The notes beneath the pieces were generated by a model. It searched no databases and had not been told where the DNA came from. It saw nothing but the letters and a program-made list of their open reading frames with translations. A program made the position numbers and the translations under genes. Shown here one piece after another: positions 21,743-33,167 of a stretch of 33,189 nt of DNA. This stretch comes from Vannella sp. (Eukaryota): positions 1 to 33,189 of the forward strand of contig JAJQQN010001155.1 of assembly GCA_023345925.1 (NCBI GenBank). The letters are read 5' to 3'. Position 1 is the first letter of the stretch. Each line of letters opens with the position of its first letter.

Positions 21743-23409
21743 ATGTGGCGGGCCATGTTGGTGGGCTTGCTTTGGGGAGCCACGTTGGGCTACAGTAAGT
21801 GCATTGAAGATCGAGTGGATGGGAAGCTGAACGAATGGAGAGTAGGTCGCTTGTCAGACCTGCAAAGCAGTCTTCCCACAGCGGAGACTTGCGTCCGGGG
21901 TAAGACAGGTTACGAATGGCACTATGGCTCTCCCATGAGCCCCATTACCGCTTCATTGCACTTGGGATTTGGATTGAATCGTCATCGGTACACGCAAGGC
22001 TCTATTGCACTCACCAGCGCGCTCTTTCACAAGTTTCGCGTGTCGCTTTCGACGTCCCTCCCTGGGCAGAACGCTTCCAGGACTGAAAAGAGCCTCATGA
22101 GTTCCCCTCTCCGCTCAGTGTAGGCCATCACACCCTCAGGGACCGCCACTCACTCGAAACCAGAACAGTCACACCAAAGAGTCGCAGGGGGCTAGACCAC
22201 TACCACGGGGTGATCGAGAGCCTCATAGAAGATGAGATGAAGAGCTGGAACTACTCTAGATCGACATCGGACCATGATACGACCTTCCTCTTCCTGCCAG
22301 GCTCGGCAGGGATGCTGAGCATTCCCTCCTTCTATCAGCAACGGTACTTCTTGGAGGGTCTCGGCATACTTCGTTACTACACCTTTGTACTGGCCCAGCT
22401 CGATGGGGAGAGCGATTCCCCCCGCTTCCCGTCTCTTTGGCCGTGGATCGCAGCCAAACTGCAGCCAGAGGAGGAGGTGAGCGTCCAAACCTTCCTCTTG
22501 ATCACTCAGGAGGGCTTCTCATTATCTTTTACACCTCCATCCCCCTCTGATCTGGCAGAAGACCACGAAAAGGACCTTTTTAGTCGTGTCCTGAACGATC
22601 AAGACGTTGTTCGCGGGTTCTCGACCTTCTCCACCGCTTTCATCAGCGGCATTCGATACGGGGAACAGCTTCTTATCCATATGAATGCCACTTCACGAGC
22701 CCCTGCGCTGCGTCCTCACTTTGATCAAGAATTGCTCCACGGTGTCCGCGATCTGATCGCTGGGGAGCTGGACGCCCCTACCTTTACCTCGCGATTCCCT
22801 TCTGTAAGCTTCAACATCTCTTCTAAGTGGAACCCGCTCCGCTTCCGCACTGCCACGGGAATGTCCCTCGAAGGCGTTGACTTTTTGCATTCTCTTGACG
22901 TGCTGGCCCTTTTGGATGTCATCAACGGGTGGCGTGACAACGTGCTCCATTCAGACCCCCTCAGCTTCTATCCAGTTGCTGTCCAAGCTCGCTCCCTCCG
23001 GCTTGGAGTCGTCGGCACTTCAGATGAAGATTCTCTCGTTCAGAAGGCCCCTCTTGAAGGAGGTGACACTCCAAACGACTCTGTCATTCCACCCTCAAGT
23101 AAAGCGCAGGTACAGAGCTCGCAGCCTGCTGTACCTCGACAGAGACAGCTGGAGGCAGGCGAAGTGGTTCCTGTCCACGTCACCCGCTGTGCCTACGGCT
23201 TCATGCCACCACGCAACGTCCTTGAGATGTTCTGGGAAGTGTTCTGCATTGGTTCCTTCATCGCCCTGGTGGTGATTGGCGTGTTCTCGTACCTAACGCT
23301 GGGAAGTATCCTTCACCAGCTCGTGGTAGACGGCCAATGGCACCCTCCCTTCTTCGTTCGAGTACACGAAGTCAACTTACGTCTTCGGTTGCTCTACCTT
23401 TGGCCTTAG
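21743..23409 (+). CDS. Predicted type I membrane protein (signal peptide and C-terminal TM), possibly with a divergent MACPF/CDC-like domain; intron 22120-22163
   Basis: Signal peptide MWRAMLVGLLWGATLG. A 44-nt GTAGGC..CTCAC..CAG intron joins the two ORFs in frame. TM segment VFCIGSFIALVVIGVFSYLTLG. Confidence 0.65.
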
Positions 23410-23542
23410 ACGCTGTAAATACGCCCTTTCCCTTTGCCGTCGGCCAGGATGAAGGCTTGGGGGAAGCTTCGGGACGAGATGGGCTTGTAAGATACCAGCA
23501 GACTCTCGTACTCGCTACTGGGAGGTTGTGGAGGTGGTTTAG

Positions 23543-23895
23543 TCACTGTGCAGCGAGAGACCGCTTGCGCTTGCGGCAATCGGGATCTAACGCGATCTCC
23601 TGTCGGCGGAGATGCCTCTGTTGGTACTTGAGCTCTTTCCTTTCTTCCTCCAACAAAGAGATCTTCCTCCGCAAGGCCGCCTCTTCTCCATATCAGAGAA
23701 CCGCACCGAAACGCCCCAAACGACCTCACCTTCACATCGGAACCTGCACGAAGGGCAAACGTACTTGTCCATCCCATCAGCCTCCCCCTGTGCGATACCC
23801 ACGCACCGTATGTGGAACCATTCGTCGCACAAGTCACACGCAAGCATCACCGAGCCATCATCGACACCCCGACAGAGACAGTACACTTCGGCCAT
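23543..23895 (-). CDS. Small PHD-finger protein (101 aa) with coiled coil and basic NLS-like tail; intron 23683-23729
   Basis: YCLC..MLACDLCDEWFHIRCVG..YVCPSC (C4HC3 with Y/M/W aromatic cage). Splicing gives EEAALRRKISLLEEERKELKYQQRHLRRQEIALDPDCRKRKRSLAAQ*. Confidence 0.88.
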
Positions 23896-24018
23896 CCCCC
23901 TGCGAATGAGCGCCCTTCCCTGAGCACTCCTCTCCTATCTGAAGCGTCCCAGAGAGATTCCACCCGCAAAAGGCCCTTCCAAAGGCCATTTCCCCTTGGG
24001 CGGGTTCGGGAGGAGTCC

Positions 24019-26931
24019 ATGGAGGCGTTTCAGCAGCAGCGCTTCGTTCAGCAGATGGGGAGGGCCAAAGAGGCGATGGTGAAGATCTTGGATACTACGC
24101 GGCAGCCCTGTTTGCCGGCAGAGACGGCGCATTCGTACTTGGACAAGTTCCTTCTCGCCGAGTACACTGTCACGGCAGCCTGTGCTGGTAGCTTTGTGGC
24201 GTTGGAGGCGTTGGGACTCAGCACGCTCCACCTGAAAACCCTGCGCAGCTGGGCCCAAGAGCGGTCGGTTACGCTCCGATTCCACAGCGAGGAGACTTGC
24301 CTTGCCGACGGGAAGAAGGAGAAGACTCGTACCGGCGGTTCTTATGACGAAGCTAACTTTACTACATCACGTGGCATCATGTCGCGGCTAACCAGCCGCT
24401 TGGTAACCAAATACACCGAATACTACTGGAAGTTCACGGCTTCCTGGCAACTCCTGGCCTTCCCTGGCAACTCAACAGAAGAGGCTATCATACTCAAGCA
24501 GGGGAAAGCCCAACGCACACTCACCTACCTGACAGAGGCTGCTCCTCGTCCTGCAAACGTCCTCGTTGCGCCATTGGACCTGCAACTGACCTGGCTACTT
24601 CAGCGCCTCACAGAGGAGGAGCTAGTTTTCCTCTTTGAAGTTAAGCGAGGCCACGAGAGGTGCCGAACACCCCGACGCAACCCGGAAGTGGACGGGGCCT
24701 TCGATTTCTTCCGTCGGCTTGTTCGTTGGTGTGACGAGGTCCGCGACTACTTCTTGGGGGCACTTTGGACTCTCGAGAGTCACTCTGATGGCAGCAGTGA
24801 CCGTTGTGACTTCAATGTGTCAGGACTGTTCGTTCCCGTACTTCCCTTGTTCGAAGAACGCGACCCTGCCTTTAAGAAGGCTGCTCCTTCAGTCCCAGAG
24901 GCGCAGAAAGTTACTAAGAAGGGAGAGAAGGAGGAATCAACACTCCGAGCTGTCAAATTCGGTGGAAACGAGGAGACTTGGGCTTCCAATGTGGTCCTCT
25001 CCTTTGGAGAGCTGCCTTTACTGTTAGCACAACAGGCCAAAGAGCTCAGTGAACAAGAGGTCATCCAGAAAAAGGTATTTGGTGGCAACAAGGGACTTCT
25101 GGGACCCGAAGAACTTTGGGTTTCAGCCTTATGCAGTCATCTGAGGCTCATTTCGCAAGCCATGGCAGATGGAGTGGACTCTATTGAGCACATGCTTCAC
25201 CAACAGCTTCTCGCTGCCATTGGGAAGGAGATTGGAAGTGGCGAATTCGCAGATTTCATGACATTCCACATGCGCGGGTTGATGCGTCCTGAGTATGCCC
25301 CAAATCAGTTCTGCTTCGCAGTGCGGAGAGAGGGACACCATCCTGAGGGAACAATGTGCATTGAAAGTACCCTTGGAGTGGACGAAGCGATGAAACCGAT
25401 TCTCACTATGCAGCGGCAAGTGTGTGATGGAAGTGGCCCAGCTATCGGTCTGAAGCTAAATGCTACCACTACAGTTGAAGTTGCAGCCCGTAGATATGTC
25501 CACGCTTGGATTCGCCACAGATTCGACAATGAGTCTTCAGGAACAGCTCGGATAAGCTCTCGCGCTCGTCAGTTTGGTAGTTTTGTACTTCTTGTTGGAA
25601 CATTAAGCGGAGCGAATGAGTTCAGTCCGAAGGAAGCCATTTTCCTCTCCAACAAGGATGAGATTCTGATCAATCTCTTGTCTGAAGAACTTCCCACCGC
25701 CAAAGCGTTCGCAAAGAGTGTGGAATCGCTGTCTCCTGAAGCCAGAGATTTTGCCAAGTCCTTCAGGGCTATGCAATTGTCCAGCACTCTCTTTGCCTTG
25801 CTAATCATTCAAGTGAAACCGGCCTTAGAGGCTGTTTTGAACCTTCCTGACGATTGCCTCACCAAAGAAATCAAGCTTACCCAAGAGCTCCTTCACCATC
25901 TCACAGATTACCAAATTCCAAGCGACCAACTGGCTTGTGAGAAGGATGAAAACGATCTGAGACGGCAACAAGAAGATGAAGGTGAACAGAACTTGGCTCG
26001 GACTATGCGCCAGACCCAAATGAAAGTGAATCAAGTCAGACGACAAGCAAGGGAAATGACAGAAATGGTGAACGAAGCAAAATCCGAGGAGTTGGCGGAC
26101 GCTCTTCAGAAGGCCGATTTAGCTCGTTTACAGGGGAACCAGAGAGATGATTACGATAAGAAATTGAGTCTTTGTGCTGCAAGCCTCGACTTTGAATGTG
26201 ATGGTGGCGGATATCGGTATCCTCAAAAGAAGAAAAGGAACAAAACAAAGAAGAAGGAAAAAGAAAAAAAAGAAAAAGCTGCTCCGGCCAAGTGTGAAGG
26301 TGGCACAACACAAGTAGAAGCAATCCTTCTTGAAAACATGGCCAAATTGATGCGTTCTGAGTCGGCCGAAATTGTGCAAGACCAAGACCAAGAGGTTCCA
26401 GAGAGCGCTAGTAAGGAAGAGGTCCTTGTTGACGAGTCCAAGCAAGAACTTTCAGGAGAACCTGTCCTGGGACAAGTGGATATCACACAGATGCCAGAAC
26501 TCCTCAACTCTCGTTTGGAGGAACTCGATTTAGACGCTGCGGTGCATTCCACTATCCTCTCATCAGAGCCCACATGGATGAAGAACGACTATCCTGGCTA
26601 TTTCTTTCTTCCCAGAAGTCTCCAGATCGATCGCCCAGCGGCAGACAGAGAAAAACAGAAAGCTTTTGATCTTCTCGACGCACTTTCCCGCTCAGGAGGT
26701 TTGGCCTTGGCTGAAAGTGAGCTGCATGTGGTCATGGCTGGCACTCATTGCTTTTCTCAAAGTCTGATTGACTTTGTCGTGCAAGAGAATGTCAATCCTA
26801 TCGAGCGGGTGGAACGCAGCGCGTTGATCATGGCCAGCGTCGTTCACAACCTCCCCGCATCCGCCCTGGTCCTCCCAACGGCCCTCCCCCGGCTCCTCAC
26901 CAGCCCAAGCAAACATCTTTTCCAGATCTGA
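24019..26931 (+). CDS. Uncharacterised protein of about 970 aa with a coiled coil and Lys-rich insert
   Basis: Long uninterrupted ORF. ATG 24019 (MEAFQQQRF) avoids overlap with the PHD gene. Globular-looking blocks such as SRARQFGSFVLLVG, SFRAMQLSSTLF and AFDLLDALSRSGGL; no domain I can name. Confidence 0.8.
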   Translation: MEAFQQQRFVQQMGRAKEAMVKILDTTRQPCLPAETAHSYLDKFLLAEYTVTAACAGSFVALEALGLSTLHLKTLRSWAQERSVTLRFHSEETCLADGKKEKTRTGGSYDEANFTTSRGIMSRLTSRLVTKYTEYYWKFTASWQLLAFPGNSTEEAIILKQGKAQRTLTYLTEAAPRPANVLVAPLDLQLTWLLQRLTEEELVFLFEVKRGHERCRTPRRNPEVDGAFDFFRRLVRWCDEVRDYFLGALWTLESHSDGSSDRCDFNVSGLFVPVLPLFEERDPAFKKAAPSVPEAQKVTKKGEKEESTLRAVKFGGNEETWASNVVLSFGELPLLLAQQAKELSEQEVIQKKVFGGNKGLLGPEELWVSALCSHLRLISQAMADGVDSIEHMLHQQLLAAIGKEIGSGEFADFMTFHMRGLMRPEYAPNQFCFAVRREGHHPEGTMCIESTLGVDEAMKPILTMQRQVCDGSGPAIGLKLNATTTVEVAARRYVHAWIRHRFDNESSGTARISSRARQFGSFVLLVGTLSGANEFSPKEAIFLSNKDEILINLLSEELPTAKAFAKSVESLSPEARDFAKSFRAMQLSSTLFALLIIQVKPALEAVLNLPDDCLTKEIKLTQELLHHLTDYQIPSDQLACEKDENDLRRQQEDEGEQNLARTMRQTQMKVNQVRRQAREMTEMVNEAKSEELADALQKADLARLQGNQRDDYDKKLSLCAASLDFECDGGGYRYPQKKKRNKTKKKEKEKKEKAAPAKCEGGTTQVEAILLENMAKLMRSESAEIVQDQDQEVPESASKEEVLVDESKQELSGEPVLGQVDITQMPELLNSRLEELDLDAAVHSTILSSEPTWMKNDYPGYFFLPRSLQIDRPAADREKQKAFDLLDALSRSGGLALAESELHVVMAGTHCFSQSLIDFVVQENVNPIERVERSALIMASVVHNLPASALVLPTALPRLLTSPSKHLFQI

Positions 26932-27124
26932 TCGAAGACAAGCCCGCAGAGGCGGTCACACGCGATTCGAGCGGAGCTTGGAACAGGCTATTAATACCAG
27001 ATCGATAAATGAATAAATTTAATAATCAATCAAATGAGGTGGGATGGCTGCCATTGGTTGGGTATTCGTTTTCCCCCATATTCCTCCATTCTCGGTTTTT
27101 TCCATTTTCCTCTTCGCCCCATTC

Positions 27125-28083
27125 ATGACTCACCAGACCTCACAGCAGGCGATCTCGCTCTTTGATCTACCGGGGAGGCTACAGGGACTACTCTTTGAGG
27201 AGCAAGAGGAGGAAGAAGTCATGCGACTGGTGCAGAAGGGAGGGGAAGAAGTCACGATCACTTTGGAGTTCTTTAAGCGACTGGTTCAAGTTCCCCACAA
27301 GAAAGATACGTCCGTCTTTGATAGAGAACGCTACTACCACCCTGGTGAGACTCCCCAGAGGTTCTCACATTGACTTGGAACCTTACGATCCTTCAAGGAG
27401 ACGCTCCTGAAACCAAAGAGGACACAAGGAGCCCCATTCAGCTGCTCTATGACATCAAAGTGATCGTTGTTATCCTCTGCCATGGCGGCTACTTCTCTGC
27501 CGGCGTCTTTGAGGGAAAGAGCGTGAAAGCACACCGCACTTTCCATCACTACGTCACAAGGAAGAAGCAGGGAGGGCGACAGTCGACGCGTGACAAGACA
27601 GGACACAAACCAAAGTCCGGAGGAGCTTCCATTCGGCGTTACAACGAGCAGAAACACGAGAACGAGATCCGACAGCTCTTCTGCGAGTGGCAGGAGCACC
27701 TCAACAGGGCTGATCTGATCTTTACTCACCTTCCTGGCCGCAACCGAGCCGACTTCTTTGGTGATGAGGACACGGCCAGTTCTGAAGGGAAGCTTCTGCG
27801 GTCCCCGAAAGGTGCACTCTCCTTTCACAAAGCAGACGAGCGCATCCGTGCTCTCCCCTTCGCCACACAACGACCAAATTACTCTCAAGTCCGGCACACC
27901 TTCGTCCGCCTCACCACCGTCCGCGTCGACTCCTCCGAACACGACAGCGACCCTCTCGACCTTCACTCCTCCACAGACTTTGTCCATCTCCTCTCCGACG
28001 ACGAACCAAGCGAATCCGAGTCTGCCGAAGCGTCAAGCCTCGAAGAAGAGGAAGACGAAGACGCAGACGGAGGAAGCCCTTGA
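27125..28083 (+). CDS. Vms1/ANKZF1-like VLRF1-domain protein (301 aa); intron 27345-27397
   Basis: GGYFSAGVF, HRTFHHYVTRKKQGGRQS..D, KSGGASIRRYNE, W..HL..ADLIF, DERIRALPFATQRP are all VLRF1 signatures. Acidic tail. Confidence 0.88.
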
Positions 28084-28173
28084 AAGGGCCCGCCGTAATG
28101 AACGAACTGAAAGTGATGAATTAATTGGTCTTTTACACTTCTTTGTCAACCGTTTTCATTACTCTTGGGCACC

Positions 28174-31100
28174 ATGAGCGACGAGGACTTCTCGTCGGAG
28201 ACGGATGACTCTTACGATGAGGATTATGACGAGGAGGAGGAAGAGGAGGTTCCGGAGGAGGGTGAGTGGGACGATTTCTTTCAGAAGTATCGCAAAGAGA
28301 AGGAGGAGGAGACTCCCAGTGATGCTCCAAAGGACTTTCAACCGACTACGCTTGTTCTCGCTGCTCCAGAGGAACGAGACGTACCCACTTCTGCATCGAA
28401 AGAAGTTACCGCTATACTGGAGGAAGCCACATCGCCAAGGTTGTCTACAACGGCTCCTGTTGCAGTGACGGAGCCAGCGCCTTCCCCACCCGCCGAGCCC
28501 GTGTCGGAGAAAGAGACTCTATCACCCAAGGCTGCTGAGGTAGCCCGTATTCTCGCAGAGAAGAAAGCCCAGCTACCCTCCTCTTCCAAGGAGGAAGTGA
28601 AGGAGGAAGTGGAAGTAGCGGCTGGGGCAGAAGTGAGCAAGCGTTCATCCAGAGAGAGCAAAGTAGAAGGGGCCCCGTCAAGTCCCACCACCAAACGAGC
28701 CAAAAAGAGCAAGCCTGATCGCTCTCTTCTCAGTAAGCTGAAAGGCCACTCCACCTCCTCCATGGAGGCACAAAGCGACAGCGAGGGTGACTCAAAGGCC
28801 ACCAAACGAACCAGCACTAAGAAAGACAAGTCCAGAGCGGTAGGCAGCTCGCCTAACACAGAGATGCCCTCCGAGGCGATAACAGAGAACTTTGAGGATC
28901 TCCCCAAAGAGGTCATCACCCCTCCCAGAAGCCAGCTCGCCAGTACTCCCTCCATGCCGAAGGACACCGAAAGCGATAAGAAGCGATCCATCCTCGGCCG
29001 CTTCAAAATCAAGAAGGAGAAGACCGACAAGGACAAGGACTCCAAAGAGAAGGACCAAAAGGAGAAGGACACCAAAGACAAGGATTCCAAAGACAAGGAC
29101 AGGGAGAGAGATCGCTCCTCTTCAGCACCAAAGGAGAAAAAGGTCGCCATCACACGCATCCAAGCACTGGGGCGCGGCTATCTCTTCCGAAGACGATTCC
29201 GGGCTCTAGGAGGTATGAGAAGTTCCCTCCGTACTGGCACAGAGTAGGAAATTCACTTGTGGCCTCCCTTTTAGCGAGTCCTGCCGCCCTCTTGAAGCAG
29301 CTGATAGCCCTCCGACAGATCATCGAAGTAGAGACCGCGTACGTCTCCAATGTGAGCGTGATCATTGAGGTAAGTGTGCCAGGGCAGGTGGACCCAATCT
29401 AATGCGAGCCTTTGGTGCAGAACTACTTGAAGCCGCTCATGGAGTTCAACAAGCACAACGAAGAGGCTCGGAAGGCTCTTCCGATTCAGGTGGTACGCGC
29501 CATCTTCCGCAACATTGAGGTGATCTACAACATCCACGTGGAGCATCTCCGCACTCTGCAACAGCGCGCAGAGGATTGGCCTTTTGTGAGCGACCTCCCA
29601 GCTGTTTTCTTGAAGGCTACAGCGAGCTTTTCCGTCTATTCTCGTTATGCAGAAGATGCAGCAGCAGCAGAGGAGACTCTTCGATTCTACAAGCAGAACT
29701 CTCTACTCAGCACCTTCCTCACCAAGATGTATGACGAGCGAATGCGCAATGCGAATCTCCCGGCTCGCCAGAAGGTGCCAACACTCTACGCCTTGCTGGT
29801 GGTCCCTTTCAAGCACCTTGCCAAACTGCATAGTGCGTACAGCATCTTCATGTCCGCCACTCCACATACTACGGCAGACTATGAACTCTTGGCAGACTCT
29901 GTTGCTATCCTCAGCCAACTGAAGACATTCATTCGCCACACAGCTGAAGCCGAAATCTCCCAGAGGAAGATGACAATCCTTGCCAAGAAGATTCAATCAG
30001 CCAATAGCAATCCCACAGACACTGTTGCAGTACCACGTGTGATCACTTTGAATCCCGACCAGCCAATCAGTTCAGAGAGTCTACATTCATCCAAGAAGAA
30101 GTCCAAAAAGCGCAGCAAAGATCCCAATAGGAAGCACAAACGCACCCGAAAACATTCAGAAGACTCAATTGCAAAGGACGACGAAAAGCCATTCCACTTT
30201 GAGTTGTACGAGCCTAATCGAGTGCTAATTCGCAATGGCACTCTGTTAGTGGGTGCACAGAAGCGCCAAGTGTTTTTATTTAACGATGTCTGCCTGGTAC
30301 TTGAAGTGTTTGCTTCAAATACGAGTCGCTTTGAGGGTGTTATCGCTCTTAAGGACGCTGAGGTTCATTCAAAGTCTATCTCTTTAGCGGACAACTCCCA
30401 GACCTTCCGTGTGCGGTCACCAGCGGGTGACTTTATGTTCACAGAGACTCTTGACTCCGAAGATGGAGAAGCTTTTTGGAACCAAACCTTCGAGGAACGC
30501 ATCAACCTTGCCAAGGATCAGATCTTTGGCGCCTCCTTGAGTGAAGTGGTTAAAAGGGAGAACTCTGCAATTCCTTCTGTGGTGCTGAACATCGTCCAAA
30601 ACCTCAATAAGAACGTGACTGATCCAGAACTGTTCAAAAGCACCTTCACAGCCAAATCCGTGCAGAGTTTGCGGGATCCTTCTGCTCACAGAAAGCTCAA
30701 CAACAGCAAGATCAGCGATGTGGAAGGTCTGTTGATTCTCTACTTGGAGCAACTACCGGATATTCTCATCCGTTATGAGAGCCGCGACCCCATTTTTACC
30801 GCACAGGCCATCCCCAACGAAGCAGCTCTCCTTGAATGGGTCCGCAAACAGCTAGCTGAGATGCCTTTATGCTCGCGTAACCTTCTCGAGTACCTTATGA
30901 GCTTCCTCTCCAAAGTGTTGGCTCGTTCTGCCTCAAATAATCTCACAGCAACGGATCTCTCTGTCATTTTCAGCCCTCTTGTCTTCCGCCCAGAGAAACT
31001 CACTCTCGAGTTCTGCTATCGCATGGCTCGTGTAGTACGACTTGTTCGAGTGATGATTGAGCGAGCCGGAGAGTTGTTCCGCACGGTTGACAACGTCGAG

Positions 31101-32621
31101 CATCCACTTCCCAAAGACCTGGACGAGTTCTTGAGTGCAGACCAGTTTGGGCAGTGGTGGCGAGACTTCCGCCAAAAGAAAGACTATTTTGTCGAGTACA
31201 TTGCAACAGCAGACATCATCCAACAACTTGTTTCTCGGATTGGCTACATTCCTCAGTCGGAAGACTCGGAAGAGCACAGAATTGCAGCTCAGAATGCCTC
31301 TCTTGCGTATGGCATTCTAGTGAATGACGGTGTCATCAGCGCTATGTTTGAGCAGAGTGACTTGTTATCAGTGGTAGTGTGCTACTTTGATGGCCAAAAG
31401 GTGAACGAGAGAGCCAACAAATACTTCTGCGACTTTGTCGAAGTGTTGCTTCGCGCCAGCCCTGAGCGGATGGCCACTTTCCTCTCCAATAATCAGGAGA
31501 TGAACAAGAAGATTGTGCAGAGTATCGGGTCTGGCAACTTCTGCAATATGATTCTCTCTGTGGCCGAGACATGGCAAATGAGTGAATTCATTCATCGCAT
31601 TGTCGCTGGCTGGGGAGTGGTCGGTCTGCATCTGTACTTGGAGTCATCAGACACTCACGACTCTGACCAACTCGCTAACACAGTCCGCTTCTTGCGCTTC
31701 CTCGTCCGCACAGGCGCGTTCATTTCATCTCCTTTATCAAAGCCTTTCGTCACTCTCCTCCATGACCGGGAGTTCTGCTCCCAAATGATCAACAAAGCGA
31801 TAGAGTCGGATGACGACACTTGTGTATGTACTATTCCATTGGTTATTGAAATCCTCGTCCAGAACAAGAACCGAAACCCCGGCAAGTCACCTCTTGATAG
31901 CATCGTCTTACAAGCCCCTGATTCCTCTGAGATGAGTGACGACGAAAAGACTGAATACGCAGAGAAGGCCCAAGAAGCCTACCGCTTACTGCAAGAGCAG
32001 TTGCGCGGGGACGTTCCCTTTGTCATCTCTGACCTGCTAGAAAGGCACACCCGCGTTGTCACAAAGATGAGACATGTTGGAGACGAGGACCGTCTTGGGT
32101 TCTTCCGCTTCGGATTGGTGAAGTTAGTGCAAGCCATGCTCGTCACCAATTATCCGTTCGGCAACTCGTTCTTGGCCAAGACGGACATGGTGGAGGTCTG
32201 CTTGGACTTGTTCTTCCAGTACTATCGACACAGTATCTTGCACTCGGTCATTGCCTACATTGTGCGCTACATCATGGCCATGGGCAACCGGGACTTGGTT
32301 GAGATGCTGCTGATCCGCCTCCGTCTACCCGAAAGGATTGCTGATGTGTATGCCCTAGAGGGAACCGCCAACGAAGACCCATTGACCTTCCTTCGAGGGT
32401 ATCTGAAGATGCTGGCGGTCGCCATCCGAAACAGCTCTCTCGCAGAGCAGATGTTGAGGGGCAACGCCAAATGGCACCGATTTGTCACAGAAGTGTTACT
32501 GCGGGAGGACAAGAAGCAAGCAGAGTCCAGTAACGAAGTGAAAATGGCGCAAAAGCAAATCGCGCGCTCCAACCTCACCAAACAGGGTCTGACCGACCAA
32601 GTGGAGGACAAACTTGGCTAG
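28174..32621 (+). CDS. Multidomain IQ - DH (RhoGEF) - PH - RhoGAP-like - SAPS-like protein; 3 exons (28174-29212, 29275-29369, 29421-32621)
   Basis: IQALGRGYLFRRRF; IIEVETAYV..NYLKPL..IFRNIEVIYNIH; VFLFNDVCL; IFGASL..IPSVV..YLEQLPDILI..NNLTATDLSVIFSPLVFR; SAPS-like LGFFRFGLVKL, LDLFFQY..HSILHS, GYLKMLAVAI. Confidence 0.85.
29011..29110 (+). repeat. Low-complexity KD/KE coding repeat
   Basis: KKEKTDKDKDSKEKDQKEKDTKDKDSKDKDRERD, encoded by AAGGAC/AAGGAG-type repeats. Confidence 0.7.
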
Positions 32622-33167
32622 TCCAGCCCTCCATCCCGCCCTTTGGCCTGTACAATGTATCCTGTCGGTCCCTTCCAACCAATAAATCTCCTTCGCATTC
32701 AGGAACGTTTTTATCCACCAACCCTTGGCCCGTGTGTGACTCAGAGGTGAGCTGGCTCCCTTTTGAAAGGTCCTGGTTGCTCCTGGCTCTCTGAAGGGTG
32801 TCCTTATTACTCCTGGCTGGCTCTTTGTGGGAACATTGGAAGGGAGCCACTTGCTTTCCCTTTCCAGAGCTTGAAGAAGGTTAAGAGTCATTTGTCCTTG
32901 TAGGAGCCAACTATGATTGTCCCCTTGTGACCTGCTGAAGAGGAGAAACAACTCTTGGCCGACCTCCTTGCATAGTCTGGTACACTCCTCATTCGCACTT
33001 GAGGTCACTCCACGGTTCCTCAACGGTTCAACGTCTTTTGTCTGAAAACTGGAAGAGCTCAGCCACAAGGCGAAGTTCCGGAACCGATCCGTTCCGAAAC
33101 AGAGATTGAAAGAGGCGCAAACGGAGCTCTCTGACGTTTCTGCAAGGGTGTTGGAGGTGGAAGAGTC
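32496..33167 (-). CDS. Possible 3' exon(s) of a gene running off the window edge
   Basis: An intron-end-like CTTTCTCCTTTTGGTAG at 33168-33184 (minus) is followed by an open frame. No recognisable motif and the true 3' end is uncertain. Confidence 0.3.
   Translation of the reverse strand, partial: DSSTSNTLAETSESSVCASFNLCFGTDRFRNFALWLSSSSFQTKDVEPLRNRGVTSSANEECTRLCKEVGQELFLLFSRSQGDNHSWLLQGQMTLNLLQALERESKWLPSNVPTKSQPGVIRTPFREPGATRTFQKGASSPLSHTRAKGWWIKTFLNAKEIYWLEGTDRIHCTGQRAGWRAGLAKFVLHLVGQTLFGEVGARDLLLRHFHFVTGLCLLLVLPQ

Noticed and set aside
23406..23895. Unspliced PHD ORF (23587-23895) and alternative ORF 23406-23843
   Set aside because: The spliced model 23543-23895 gives a coherent coiled-coil/NLS tail with a consensus GTGAGG donor.
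23812..24018. N-terminal extension of the 1039-aa ORF overlapping the PHD gene
   Set aside because: It starts at GTG and is antisense to a clear gene; ATG 24019 is more plausible.
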